Of a stretch of DNA of 64,000 nucleotides, positions 49,499 through 58,712 are shown piece after piece. The stretch lies in IMG/VR virus record IMGVR_UViG_3300031414_000013, positions 33,081-97,080 of that record; one strand, 5' to 3'. The DNA comes from a virus. The notes under the pieces were generated by a model. The model made no database searches and was not told where the DNA came from. It saw nothing but the letters and a program-made list of their open reading frames with translations. Both the position numbers and the translations under genes were made by a program. How positions within the stretch are numbered: the first letter of the stretch is position 1; each line of letters opens with the position of its first letter.

Positions 49499-49675
49499 CT
49501 AATCGGACATAGAACGGATAACTTTCTCAACAGTGGTGCTTACAACTACACCACAAACGATGACGCCAACGCGGCGCAGTATCTCATGCTCCTCGCCAAC
49601 ATATTTGCGAGATTCGCGGTCTACCACATAACTGGTAAGACCACCCGCTACAGCACATGCAATGCGAGTTAACAT
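49499..49675 (-). CDS. 58-aa hydrophobic protein (not in ORF track)
   Basis: MLTRIACAVAGGLTSYVVDRESRKYVGEEHEILRRVGVIVCGVVVSTTVEKVIRSMSD; GAGAGG RBS. Confidence 0.65.
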   Translation of the reverse strand: MLTRIACAVAGGLTSYVVDRESRKYVGEEHEILRRVGVIVCGVVVSTTVEKVIRSMSD

Positions 49676-49729
49676 AGGTACCTCTCTTTACAGTAAATGG
49701 GGACCTTACGATCCCCGACAGCTCAGCAC

Positions 49730-49924
49730 TTAACTTTGCGCTTCACGCACAACTTCAGCCACTGAGTCGGCAGCGTCATTAACGACTTCTGCCACGGTTT
49801 CAGTCAGGGTGCCAGTGTCGTCACCGTTAGCACGTTTCCACGCCCAGTAACCGAAACCAGCTGCCGCTGCAACACCAACAACGATACAAGTAGCGATAGT
49901 AACTTTCTTAGTAGTTGAAGACAT
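49730..49924 (-). CDS. 64-aa single-TM protein, first gene after the duplicated early promoter
   Basis: MSSTTKKVTIATCIVVGVAAAAGFGYWAWKR; TAAGGA RBS. Confidence 0.75.
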   Translation of the reverse strand: MSSTTKKVTIATCIVVGVAAAAGFGYWAWKRANGDDTGTLTETVAEVVNDAADSVAEVVREAQS

Positions 49925-50003
49925 AATTTGAATCCTTATAGAAATGATAGAGTGAGGGCATAAAACCCAAGGAAGTGAAGCATTACTGCTCCACATTCAC
50001 AAG

Positions 50004-50034
50004 GGTCTTATATATCTGAAAATTTATTGAAACG
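50004..50034 (-). promoter_or_regulatory. Putative early promoter, 31-nt exact repeat copy 2
   Basis: Identical to 12394-12424. Confidence 0.8.
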
Positions 50035-50039
50035 GTGGT

Positions 50040-50507
50040 TTAGTTAATAAACCGTGCACCACGCAGGTAGTTGAAGATACCGTCGCCCCAGGCGCGAGTA
50101 AACGTCATGCTCATCTGACCTGCTTCCATCGATGCAGTACGTGCTTCCCACACTGGCAGCCATACGCCACCTTCACGGGTAGGGAGTGCGAAGTAGTTCA
50201 TGGTGAAGTTACATGCACCCGGCAGATACCAGTCATAGGCACCATTCATAGCACCTTGCAGACGCTGGATGATGTCCATGTGGATTGCCAGCATGTGCTG
50301 GTTACACTCTTCGGTTGTGTAGACACGGAAGAGCTGCTCAGGAGCAGGCTGATACTCGACCGCAAAGCCAGGCACTGCATGCAGTACGTTGATAAAGTCA
50401 ACGATAACTGGATTCAGGCTACGACCCTGCTGATACAGGAAGTCCATAGTGCGCTGGCGGATAGTGTTGATCTGAGCATAGTCTGGGTAACGGGTTTGCA
50501 TAACCAT
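50040..50507 (-). CDS. Hypothetical protein
   Basis: 155-aa ORF. Confidence 0.7.
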   Translation of the reverse strand: MVMQTRYPDYAQINTIRQRTMDFLYQQGRSLNPVIVDFINVLHAVPGFAVEYQPAPEQLFRVYTTEECNQHMLAIHMDIIQRLQGAMNGAYDWYLPGACNFTMNYFALPTREGGVWLPVWEARTASMEAGQMSMTFTRAWGDGIFNYLRGARFIN

Positions 50508-50513
50508 TCCTTA

Positions 50514-51230
50514 TTAGTAGCGAGTTAGCCAACTAAAGAAGTTGGGCGACACGACGTTTCCTTTAGCATCCAGGTAACGTGTCTCTTCTGTTGTGTCAGC
50601 AGAGAGATCGTAATCTACCAGAACGCTTTCAGCCAGCCGGAAATTTAAATCAAGGCCAAACTGAGTAAAGGTTGCGACGGTCTTGTTGTTGAAAGAAGCA
50701 TTGTGTGGAAAGAACGTTTCATCCTTGTTAGGTGCGACCAGTGTAAATACACCGGCATCTAACACATTCATGGTAGGATGTTTAAGCTCAGCAAATGCAC
50801 GAATCAGCTGGCGGGTAAGTTTGGCACCCAGCTCACTGTCCGTGAAAATACTGATGAAGCTTTGTGAGTCGCCAAGCCATTGCGAGAGCAGACCACCTTT
50901 AGGATCATTCAAAGTAAGACTAACATCGTTAGGGCAAATGCGTCGTTTACCTTTAAGCTCCAGACGGTGGGCAACGAGACTCTGGTTGGTTTGCGTTAAC
51001 ATACCGTAGAATCCGTTTACTGCTCCCGGCTTCAGGCTGTAGACCTCTTCCCAAAGTAAGAGTTCAGACGGGCGACCTGGATGTGGAATCTGACTAACCG
51101 GCATATGAAGATCGGTACGCTGTGCACTGGCTGTCTTATAGTTAAGGATGAACCCTAACGTAAAGCCACCGGTGGGCGTTGATACAACATGTGCTGATTT
51201 GATTTCGGGTTCGTAGATTGAGAAAAGCAC
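50514..51230 (-). CDS. Early paralog family member (extended)
   Basis: MNVLDAGVF...ASFNNKTVATF; GTG start. Confidence 0.65.
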   Translation of the reverse strand: MLFSIYEPEIKSAHVVSTPTGGFTLGFILNYKTASAQRTDLHMPVSQIPHPGRPSELLLWEEVYSLKPGAVNGFYGMLTQTNQSLVAHRLELKGKRRICPNDVSLTLNDPKGGLLSQWLGDSQSFISIFTDSELGAKLTRQLIRAFAELKHPTMNVLDAGVFTLVAPNKDETFFPHNASFNNKTVATFTQFGLDLNFRLAESVLVDYDLSADTTEETRYLDAKGNVVSPNFFSWLTRY

Positions 51231-51242
51231 GTGAGTGTCCCC

Positions 51243-51692
51243 TTAGCTGGTAACGCTGTGTAATACCTCCAAGCGCACCATGCGATTGAGTAAGCGCTCA
51301 CTGTCTGAGTATTTGTAACCCGTGCATTCAAGCCTGGTAAGACCTGCTGCACTGAAGTTAAAACGCCCGTCAGTAATTGCCCCTAACGTCACGTTAGCAA
51401 TGGTAAGGTTGCTACCCGGCTTATTCATCCAGAGCTGACCCATTACACGCACTGTACCACCTGCCGCTTTAGCAATTAGTACCTGCGCACGATCACCCAT
51501 TGCACCATATTCTTCAGGTACAACTTTGTCACCGTTTTCCAATGCATAGACGTGAACCACATCATTCGCAGTAAAGGCGACTACAATATCCTGAAGACTG
51601 ATTTCTTTAGTCAGTCGCATGAGTACAGTATTGTTCTCACGCATCTCCAGGAAGTCGGACTTTGAAGTCTTCACCCAACGGCAGTTAATCAT
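51243..51692 (-). CDS. Early paralog family member
   Basis: Aligns with 48262..48621. Confidence 0.7.
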   Translation of the reverse strand: MINCRWVKTSKSDFLEMRENNTVLMRLTKEISLQDIVVAFTANDVVHVYALENGDKVVPEEYGAMGDRAQVLIAKAAGGTVRVMGQLWMNKPGSNLTIANVTLGAITDGRFNFSAAGLTRLECTGYKYSDSERLLNRMVRLEVLHSVTS

Positions 51693-52114
51693 CAGAACCT
51701 CAGCGTTGTTTTGCCAATGTCAATACAGATGGTTTTCGATTTAGGACTTTCGCGATACATAACGAAGCCTGCGATGGCCAGCGGGTTTTCCAGATCCCAA
51801 TTTACTTTGAGCGGAGTCAGCCACAGAAGGCGACGAGCCATGACTTTCAAAGTCGGGTAAAGTTTATAAACGTCGGCGATCTTAGACTCTTTGGTCACCA
51901 TCGGATCTTCAGCGATGTCGCGGATAACGCGAACAAACTTTGCTGCGTCCAGATTGATGTCATAGTTGCTGCGACCACCGACACCCATGTTCTTATCGTA
52001 AATCGGGAAAACTGACAGGACACCTTCGTTGGCGAAAGTTGGGATATGCGCATATGCAGTAATCATGTTGATGTTCCTTATAGAAGTGTTAGGTCTGAAT
52101 GGTGAATACGTCAC
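51692..52114 (-). CDS. Hypothetical protein
   Basis: ORF in operon; start probably MITAY. Confidence 0.6.
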   Translation of the reverse strand: MTYSPFRPNTSIRNINMITAYAHIPTFANEGVLSVFPIYDKNMGVGGRSNYDINLDAAKFVRVIRDIAEDPMVTKESKIADVYKLYPTLKVMARRLLWLTPLKVNWDLENPLAIAGFVMYRESPKSKTICIDIGKTTLRF

Positions 52115-52304
52115 CGGATAAAGTTACAATGATACGTTTAGGTAAAACCTCAACGCTGAATTGTTCGTTCTTGCAGGCCACAAGGTCTTTACGACACTGA
52201 TATAACATAGTGTGCATAAATGATTTTAAACGTGGTTTTGCTGTGGCGATCTTTGCTCCAACGATGTAGTTGTTGAAGGCTTTGGTGATATGGTTAGGCA
52301 ACAT
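52089..52304 (-). CDS. Hypothetical protein
   Basis: 71-aa ORF. Confidence 0.55.
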   Translation of the reverse strand: MLPNHITKAFNNYIVGAKIATAKPRLKSFMHTMLYQCRKDLVACKNEQFSVEVLPKRIIVTLSGDVFTIQT

Positions 52305-52860
52305 GCTCGCGGTCCGGGATAATGGCTACTACATTGTCACTGTCGATGCGGTTAATGCGGTAGCGAGTTACGGTAGCTAACCCACGTGTAGCTGGGGTAG
52401 CGAAGAACACCGTACGTGTGCCCAGGAAATAACCCTCACAGACACGCAGAGGATTTTGCCCTGCAACCAGAGGTGGGATTTGGCGGACACTGACGACGGT
52501 TTCGATATCAACTATCGTACGATTGGGCACGCCAACGAAATCCCAGAACAAACGATGCAGGTATGCACAGTTGCGTAACGTCTCCAGAGCACGAGCAATC
52601 TGAAGGGTATAGACAGACAGACTCAGACGAGCGAGTCCATCGGTAGTAACCTGGAATGCGATCTTCTGGTTGATCAGCAGTGGTCGAATAACCAGCGCTT
52701 CTTTAACCTCACCGATGGTGACATAGTAGTTACCACCTGCCATGTTACAAACAATGCTAACATCGCCAGCGGCCAAAATAACAATACCTGGTCTTGCTGT
52801 GAGCGTTTGTTTGACGAAACGCATCACCTCTTTCTTCTCGTCGAAATAAAGGGTAGCCAT
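52294..52860 (-). CDS. Hypothetical early protein, possible paralog family member
   Basis: First gene after early promoter, GAGGAG RBS. Confidence 0.7.
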   Translation of the reverse strand: MATLYFDEKKEVMRFVKQTLTARPGIVILAAGDVSIVCNMAGGNYYVTIGEVKEALVIRPLLINQKIAFQVTTDGLARLSLSVYTLQIARALETLRNCAYLHRLFWDFVGVPNRTIVDIETVVSVRQIPPLVAGQNPLRVCEGYFLGTRTVFFATPATRGLATVTRYRINRIDSDNVVAIIPDREHVA

Positions 52861-52890
52861 TAGTTCTCTCCTCTTATGGGCTATCTACAC

Positions 52891-52920
52891 GGAAATAATA
52901 TGTATTTGAAATTTGAATGA
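52891..52920 (-). promoter_or_regulatory. Putative early promoter
   Basis: TCATTCAAATTTCAAATACATATTATTTCC. Confidence 0.6.
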
Positions 52921-52936
52921 TGTCTAAGGAACCGTT

Positions 52937-54148
52937 ATGGCCGATACTTTAAAGACGGTCTTTGATCGAAACTGTCCAGATATTGTTGCTGACAGTAAGT
53001 TCGCACAATCGATCATCGACTTCGCAAAAGCTTTCGTTAATAAGAATCCAGATCACGTACGGTTCTTTGGCGGAGCACTCATTGGAGTCTATCCACTGCG
53101 TTGGGTAAACTCAGACCTGGATAAGTGGTACGACGTCATCTTGAAGGGTGCGGATGAGATTGCTATCCGTAAGCAGCTCCACGCATTGCCAGGTATTGAC
53201 GCTAGTTGGGTACGCGGCGCTGATGAAACAAACCACTCGATGATCTACTGTCTGCATCTGCTTGAGCATGGTAACATCCCTGCCAAGTTGAAACTGGAAG
53301 CTCAGATTGCCTCAATGGAAATCATGCAGTATAAGTTCCTGTCCAGTCTGATGTATCACTACTTCCCCCACCCAGCTGCCATGTCAGTAGCACAGGCGAC
53401 GTACAACGCACTGTCGAAGAAGTTCGACCTTAAAGTGTGTGGTAACTGGGGTGAGTTGGTTAAAGAGCGTGCAATCGATATCATCGCGCCTAAGAGCATA
53501 CACCGTAAAGCCTTCACTGACTTTACTGATGCAAAAGGCATCGTCTACATTATCACAGACGTACAGGGTCGCTTGCGCAGCATCGTTAAGAACATCACCG
53601 CTGTTTTCTATAACGTTAAGGAAGCAGGTAAAGGAGTACTGTCCGAGTCCACGATGGTTGAAGGCGAAGACGGTATGTATCTCAAGGACAAGACGACCGC
53701 TATCCGTGACGGTGTGAACTATCTCACCAGTATCGTTAACGATAAGCGTGGGTTCGTACGTAAAGAGATCTTGCGTCTGGTCAACCGTAAGATGTCAACG
53801 TCTCGTGACTGGTTAGTGGAATCTTCACTCAACCTTCTCTCTGAACGTTACGGTGATCCTAAGTACCCTGCGGTACAAGAGCTTTGTAAAGAGACTCTTC
53901 TACACGCGTTCGAAGTCATGACCGCCAAGAACATTCGCACCAACGATTATCCGCTCATTATGGATACGCTGAAGAAAAGCTACATGGCTTCTCGTGAGAC
54001 ACACCCTGGTGTGTTGAAGATGCGTAAGTTAGGTGACGAGTTAGTACTGGCAGCGCTACCACCAGGGCGTAGCAATGTTGTCGCACCAGATCGTGGGGCC
54101 GTGTTGCTGTACATTGTGTTGCGTACTCTTACAAAGCACAATTTCTAA
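52937..54148 (+). CDS. Conserved phiKZ-like protein, probably virion structural
   Basis: 403 aa, TAAGGAA RBS, plus strand near terminase. Confidence 0.75.
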   Translation: MADTLKTVFDRNCPDIVADSKFAQSIIDFAKAFVNKNPDHVRFFGGALIGVYPLRWVNSDLDKWYDVILKGADEIAIRKQLHALPGIDASWVRGADETNHSMIYCLHLLEHGNIPAKLKLEAQIASMEIMQYKFLSSLMYHYFPHPAAMSVAQATYNALSKKFDLKVCGNWGELVKERAIDIIAPKSIHRKAFTDFTDAKGIVYIITDVQGRLRSIVKNITAVFYNVKEAGKGVLSESTMVEGEDGMYLKDKTTAIRDGVNYLTSIVNDKRGFVRKEILRLVNRKMSTSRDWLVESSLNLLSERYGDPKYPAVQELCKETLLHAFEVMTAKNIRTNDYPLIMDTLKKSYMASRETHPGVLKMRKLGDELVLAALPPGRSNVVAPDRGAVLLYIVLRTLTKHNF

Positions 54149-54200
54149 CAAAAAAAGAAAAGGCTGAGGCTAGGGACCGTTGGGTCCCTAGCCTTATGCC
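54149..54200. terminator. Bidirectional terminator
   Basis: GGCTAGGGACC/GGTCCCTAGCC; TTATGCC on plus side; displaced T tract on minus side. Confidence 0.85.
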
Positions 54201-54201
54201 G

Positions 54202-54585
54202 CTATAGCGCGCTCAGTGTGGCATACGGGAAAGCAGCAACCCAGTAGAGTTGATCATTCTCGTATATCGCACGAACGTGGTAATGACTCTTTATGCTGCG
54301 TTGCCTAGCATCAATGAACCCACCAAAGAATCTGGCGTTTTCATTCAGCTTAGCTGTAGTTAATAAGGTGTCGGGTTTAGCTATGCCAACTAACCCGCCA
54401 TCGAACATATAAAACGTATCCCCAACTTCGGCTTTCAAATGACGCAGTCCGGCAGGAGTAAATTTCATTTCCTTATTCTCACCGCCAAACAGCATGCGTT
54501 TACTAACCCGAGTAATGACGAATCGTTCAACTATACCTAGGGACGCGTTATTGGTTATTGGTCCCGATGGTGTTTTCATATGCAC
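54202..54585 (-). CDS. Hypothetical protein
   Basis: 127-aa ORF. Confidence 0.6.
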   Translation of the reverse strand: MHMKTPSGPITNNASLGIVERFVITRVSKRMLFGGENKEMKFTPAGLRHLKAEVGDTFYMFDGGLVGIAKPDTLLTTAKLNENARFFGGFIDARQRSIKSHYHVRAIYENDQLYWVAAFPYATLSAL

Positions 54586-55051
54586 TCCAGACTTTGTTCC
54601 GTAAGAAGTCTACGGAGCGTCCTGTTAGCACAGCTGACTCTACTTCCAGTTGCTGGTTGTCTACGGACACAACCTCAGCAAAGATAGTGTCTTCTAACAG
54701 GAACTCTACTGACCCCTCTCCAGTGTCAATGATTTCCATATTCCCGCATGCAAGTAATTCGTATTCGATAAAAGGCGGTGTGGTAATGTTCAGTAGTGTC
54801 AATAGCTGATTGTCAGTCTCACCTACATCCTCGTCTCCACGGAATGCAAGTAAGTCATACAACACCGGACCAGTGTGGTCTTCATGGTAATAACCAATCA
54901 ATACCCAGAAAGCCTTAGCTGCTTCTTCATCGGTTGGTAAGTAAAGTTCACCTACAATATCTTGTTTGTAGTCAAGCCATTTACCGCCAATTCGTTTTAG
55001 TGCACAGTCGGCCTTCGTGATCGCCTCCCAATTATCAAATAGTGTTTGCAT
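54548..55051 (-). CDS. Early paralog family member (acidic)
   Basis: YELLACGNMEI...FLLEDTIFAEV. Confidence 0.7.
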   Translation of the reverse strand: MQTLFDNWEAITKADCALKRIGGKWLDYKQDIVGELYLPTDEEAAKAFWVLIGYYHEDHTGPVLYDLLAFRGDEDVGETDNQLLTLLNITTPPFIEYELLACGNMEIIDTGEGSVEFLLEDTIFAEVVSVDNQQLEVESAVLTGRSVDFLRNKVWSAYENTIGTNNQ

Positions 55052-55084
55052 GATGTGTTTCCTTAAATAGATGTCCTTCGCACT

Positions 55085-55113
55085 GGTGTAGTATATATCT
55101 GAAAATGCGATGG
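55085..55113 (-). promoter_or_regulatory. Putative early promoter
   Basis: CCATCGCATTTTCAGATATATACTACACC. Confidence 0.72.
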
Positions 55114-55145
55114 GGCATAGGAGACTCCCCCGAAGGAGAGTCTCT
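55114..55145 (-). terminator. Hairpin + CTATGCC abutting an early promoter
   Basis: GAGACTCTCC-TTCG-GGGGAGTCTC. Confidence 0.7.
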
Positions 55146-55154
55146 GTATGAAAC

Positions 55155-55631
55155 TTAAAGATAACGTTCGATCAGAGCTGCCATTTGGGTTTTGAATCCA
55201 TCCTCACCTTCAGACGGACCAAATCCCATGAGTTGCAGATTAGTCACACGAGCCATGCCGTTGATGTGCGGTGTATCGAAAGTGGCCAGCGGCGTATTGC
55301 CCAATGTAGCCATCCAACGATCTCCATTACGGCTGACGGTAATGCCAAGTCCGTAACCGCACAGTTTCCACAGTGTATTCGTTTCACGCGTAGCGCGTTC
55401 TGCGATATAACCAACCAAGCACTCAGGAATACCCAGTGAAAGGTTAGACACAGACACACCGTAGAATACCATTCGTCCGGTAGGGTTTTGAATGATACAA
55501 ATTCCCTGCTCCATGGGAACTGCAAAAGGTGACAAAGTCATAATGCGCTGGCGTTCCTCGCCGTGGGCCAATGCTATCGCTGGACCCATAGCCAGATCAC
55601 ACTGATCCAGGAATCTCCGATCGATGTTCAT
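55155..55631 (-). CDS. Paralog family member
   Basis: IPE...WKLCGYG...ATLGNTPLATF. Confidence 0.65.
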   Translation of the reverse strand: MNIDRRFLDQCDLAMGPAIALAHGEERQRIMTLSPFAVPMEQGICIIQNPTGRMVFYGVSVSNLSLGIPECLVGYIAERATRETNTLWKLCGYGLGITVSRNGDRWMATLGNTPLATFDTPHINGMARVTNLQLMGFGPSEGEDGFKTQMAALIERYL

Positions 55632-55647
55632 TTAAGTCTCTCCTACA

Positions 55648-56043
55648 TTACGTGTAACCTCCCCTGGTAAGTGTACCCAGATACGCCACGTAATGGTCAA
55701 ATACATTTGTTAGTTGATGCGCAGAGGGATACACCACAATGGCGTGTGCCCTGGCAGTAGGCGCTGATGGATCTTGATAGAACATTACCCAGTCCTTATA
55801 AATTCCGGACGGTACATAGACCCGACCATTGTAATGCCAATACTGCTGCTTGAAGCAACAGATTAGAATTGTTACTGGATGGATCTCACCAAGAAACCGA
55901 ACGCTGTACAAACATCGCACTAGCTCCCCTTGCAGGAGTATGGGTTTGCGCTGTTTGCGTAGGCTCGTTCGTATGATTTCGAACACTATTTTTATTTTAC
56001 GCAGATAAGGCTTGATTAGCTTAATCATGCCCAAGTCCTCCAA
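55648..56043 (-). CDS. Hypothetical protein
   Basis: 131-aa ORF. Confidence 0.55.
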   Translation of the reverse strand: MEDLGMIKLIKPYLRKIKIVFEIIRTSLRKQRKPILLQGELVRCLYSVRFLGEIHPVTILICCFKQQYWHYNGRVYVPSGIYKDWVMFYQDPSAPTARAHAIVVYPSAHQLTNVFDHYVAYLGTLTRGGYT

Positions 56044-56057
56044 AAGAGGATAGCATA

Positions 56058-56435
56058 CTATTTCTCTAAGGCGACGATACGTTCTACTGCGCGGGTCTTA
56101 TTGATAGCGAGGATGAAGTCACGCATTGACCTCATGGGGTCAGTACCCAAATAGACCTTACTGTGCAGCGTTGTGCCGTCCTTTGGTTTCAAGGCATCCA
56201 TGTGGCCCTCCATCCGATGTTCTTGTCCCTCAACGCACCACACACGCACTGCTGGTACACGTTTGCGTTTACCACGAGATTTCGCCAGAACGGTGCCTGG
56301 TAATGCCATGACGATAACCGCCATACGCAACTCCGAGAGAGTAGCTGTGTCGAGACGATGTGGCGTAGCACCATGAGTCACGTCAAATGTACTCGCTGAG
56401 AACTGCGGCTTGAAGTAATCAAGTAAATTAAACAT
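56058..56435 (-). CDS. Hypothetical protein
   Basis: 125 aa, GGAG RBS. Confidence 0.65.
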   Translation of the reverse strand: MFNLLDYFKPQFSASTFDVTHGATPHRLDTATLSELRMAVIVMALPGTVLAKSRGKRKRVPAVRVWCVEGQEHRMEGHMDALKPKDGTTLHSKVYLGTDPMRSMRDFILAINKTRAVERIVALEK

Positions 56436-56532
56436 TGAAATCTCCGAGGCTGGTATTTTATTACCAGCCTGCTCTGTTTTTATGAATCAAACAAAAGTCC
56501 GGGGTTTTATGCCATTGGAGGGCATGTAGTGA

Positions 56533-58653
56533 TTAGAATCTACGTGTACGCATTGCTTTGGTACGTGCATCTTTGATGTCTTCCAGCAGTTCGTTCAGTG
56601 AGAAGCTTTCACCACCCATTGCTTTGATCTTAACATTCAAAACATTTAACTTGTGTTCGAGTTTACTTACAACATACATGTTGGTAGTACTTTTTAACTC
56701 TTCGACTACGCTATCCAGTTCTTCACGGTACGCCCTCTGAAGCTCAGCCTCAGCAGCAGCACGACGCTCCTCAGGTGAAGCCGCATCTCCAGTCGTTCTA
56801 GACAGGATAGCACCGCGAGGGATACCGTAGTGTGAGAGGTTGGATGCTTTCATGACGAACCAGAAGTTCAACAGCCAACTGATAACCATGTCATCGTGGC
56901 CAGAAGCTTTATGGTCAATACGACCGTTCTTCACAACCAGTGATGTGATTTCGTTGATCAGTGTTTTATCGCGAGTATGGCGACCAGCACGCTTAGCTGC
57001 TTCAGGTAACACTTCACCGTACAGAGTCATACGACTTTCTGCTGTGGTGTTGAAGCCGAACTTATTACGGACATCATCATAGAAGTAGTTACCACGTGCA
57101 CGCACTGGTGTGTTCACCATAGCGGCGGCATTCTTATCCACTTTCATCTCTTCAACAATCCAGTTGAAGATACGTTTGAATGGATCAATACCTTGCAACG
57201 GTAGGCGTAAGAGTAACGCATCGATCATGGTCTGTGCAGTAGACTTACGCTCGATAATCAGTGTAACGTTTGGATACTTGATTAACAGCTCACCGATGTA
57301 GTCAGCAAACTTAATCAGGTTCGTCTCGTTACAACGCCCTGCCCCAATAGTGCCCATGTCACGAATATCCGTGAACACCATACCGATGGCATCTCGACCT
57401 ACCGCTTCCGAGGTATCCATACCGAGCAGTACGTGAGAGCTTTCCATGAACTTCTCATGTTGAGCCTTCGGAACGTGCCAACCGATGCTGTAGCCATCCT
57501 TGTGATATTCTGTCCACAGCGGTTCGCGCTCAGAGTCACGGATGATGTTGTTCAGCTCAGTGGAAAGAGGGGAACGTAAAGAACCTGACGTCCAGCGATT
57601 GAAGAAGTCACGGTCGGCCTCTTCACCTTTTGCGCCGGAGTTCTGTAATGCGTCGCGGAGCCATTCTTCGCTAAGACCTAACTGACGATAACTCCACGTA
57701 CCGTTGATCATGATACGCGCACCTTTCTTACCGATGCGTTTGATCAATACGGCACGTAACTCATCCTGGTCTTTGAGGTCGTAGTACGACTCATCAAACA
57801 CAGCTGCGTCTGAAAGCATTTCGTAGACGTAAGCGCCTTCACGAGTATCCTTCTTCCCAGCCGTTGTTGTAAAGATGTTTGAGTAGGGTTGGTCGTTCTC
57901 ACGAGCAATCTGACGAGCCATTGTACCTGCCGCAAGAGCAGCTGGTATAGTGATGTCGATATTCGAACAGAACGGTACCTCATCGATATGCGTTACCTGA
58001 CACGTAGATCCACGCCCCAAGTTTAACGCCCCCGACTCCGTTTTCTGTGCCACCCCTGTAACGTAAGCATTACCCAGCAGGTTGTAAGTCAACTCTGATT
58101 GGTTGTCTGCATCTGCGCGGTCTTTTATCCAAAGGTAAGAAGGCAGCAGGTCACGGATAGCTTTCAAACGGTCGATGTTAGAACGACGCAGTGCGTCATC
58201 CTTTGTGATCAGATAAATCTTCCCTTTATACATCGTGAAATACATCAGGTTAATACTGATGGTATCCGACGAACCAGACTTACCTGTCTGACGTGGCTGG
58301 ATTAACATGTAGTCGATGTGGTTATAGAAACTCCAGATCAGACTGATGTTAGCACGGTTTGCTACGAAGCGACGAGGAACACTACCTGCCTCGAACCGTA
58401 CAATCTCACGATAGTAATACCAGGGGTTGAAGCGACACTCAATGGCAATCTTATTTTTGATTTCGGCTGAAAGGTCTGCCGCAAAAGGATCGACGTGTCT
58501 GAGTTCGGGCTGAAGTAATGACAGCATGAAAGTACAGTTACGTACACCCATTGCTTTATACAGCTCTGCCATATCCAAGAAGGACTGGTTGCTAGTCTCT
58601 CGGTGGACAACAGCTGTAGGGTAGAGCTTCCAATCTTGTTCGAATAAAATCAT
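56533..58653 (-). CDS. terL: Terminase large subunit (phiKZ gp25-like)
   Basis: NPWYY.RE, QPRQTGKS, HIDE, TTTAG, nuclease GMDTS and HDDMV. Confidence 0.93.
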   Translation of the reverse strand: MILFEQDWKLYPTAVVHRETSNQSFLDMAELYKAMGVRNCTFMLSLLQPELRHVDPFAADLSAEIKNKIAIECRFNPWYYYREIVRFEAGSVPRRFVANRANISLIWSFYNHIDYMLIQPRQTGKSGSSDTISINLMYFTMYKGKIYLITKDDALRRSNIDRLKAIRDLLPSYLWIKDRADADNQSELTYNLLGNAYVTGVAQKTESGALNLGRGSTCQVTHIDEVPFCSNIDITIPAALAAGTMARQIARENDQPYSNIFTTTAGKKDTREGAYVYEMLSDAAVFDESYYDLKDQDELRAVLIKRIGKKGARIMINGTWSYRQLGLSEEWLRDALQNSGAKGEEADRDFFNRWTSGSLRSPLSTELNNIIRDSEREPLWTEYHKDGYSIGWHVPKAQHEKFMESSHVLLGMDTSEAVGRDAIGMVFTDIRDMGTIGAGRCNETNLIKFADYIGELLIKYPNVTLIIERKSTAQTMIDALLLRLPLQGIDPFKRIFNWIVEEMKVDKNAAAMVNTPVRARGNYFYDDVRNKFGFNTTAESRMTLYGEVLPEAAKRAGRHTRDKTLINEITSLVVKNGRIDHKASGHDDMVISWLLNFWFVMKASNLSHYGIPRGAILSRTTGDAASPEERRAAAEAELQRAYREELDSVVEELKSTTNMYVVSKLEHKLNVLNVKIKAMGGESFSLNELLEDIKDARTKAMRTRRF

Positions 58654-58668
58654 AAGTAAGACTCCATA

Positions 58669-58708
58669 AAGGCATGGCGCTGGGTGTAGGGGTTTCCCCC
58701 TACACCCT
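58669..58708. terminator. Hairpin between structural gene and terminase
   Basis: GGGTGTAGGGG/CCCCTACACCC. Confidence 0.6.
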
Positions 58709-58712
58709 TTGC

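Noticed and set aside
54202-54585. KAEVGD..Y..DGG..KP resemblance to small phage sponge-associated domains
   Set aside because: Match too short to support a call.
56533-58653. Intein or intron in terminase, ligase, thyA or helicase
   Set aside because: Continuous ORFs with no intein splice or homing-endonuclease motifs.
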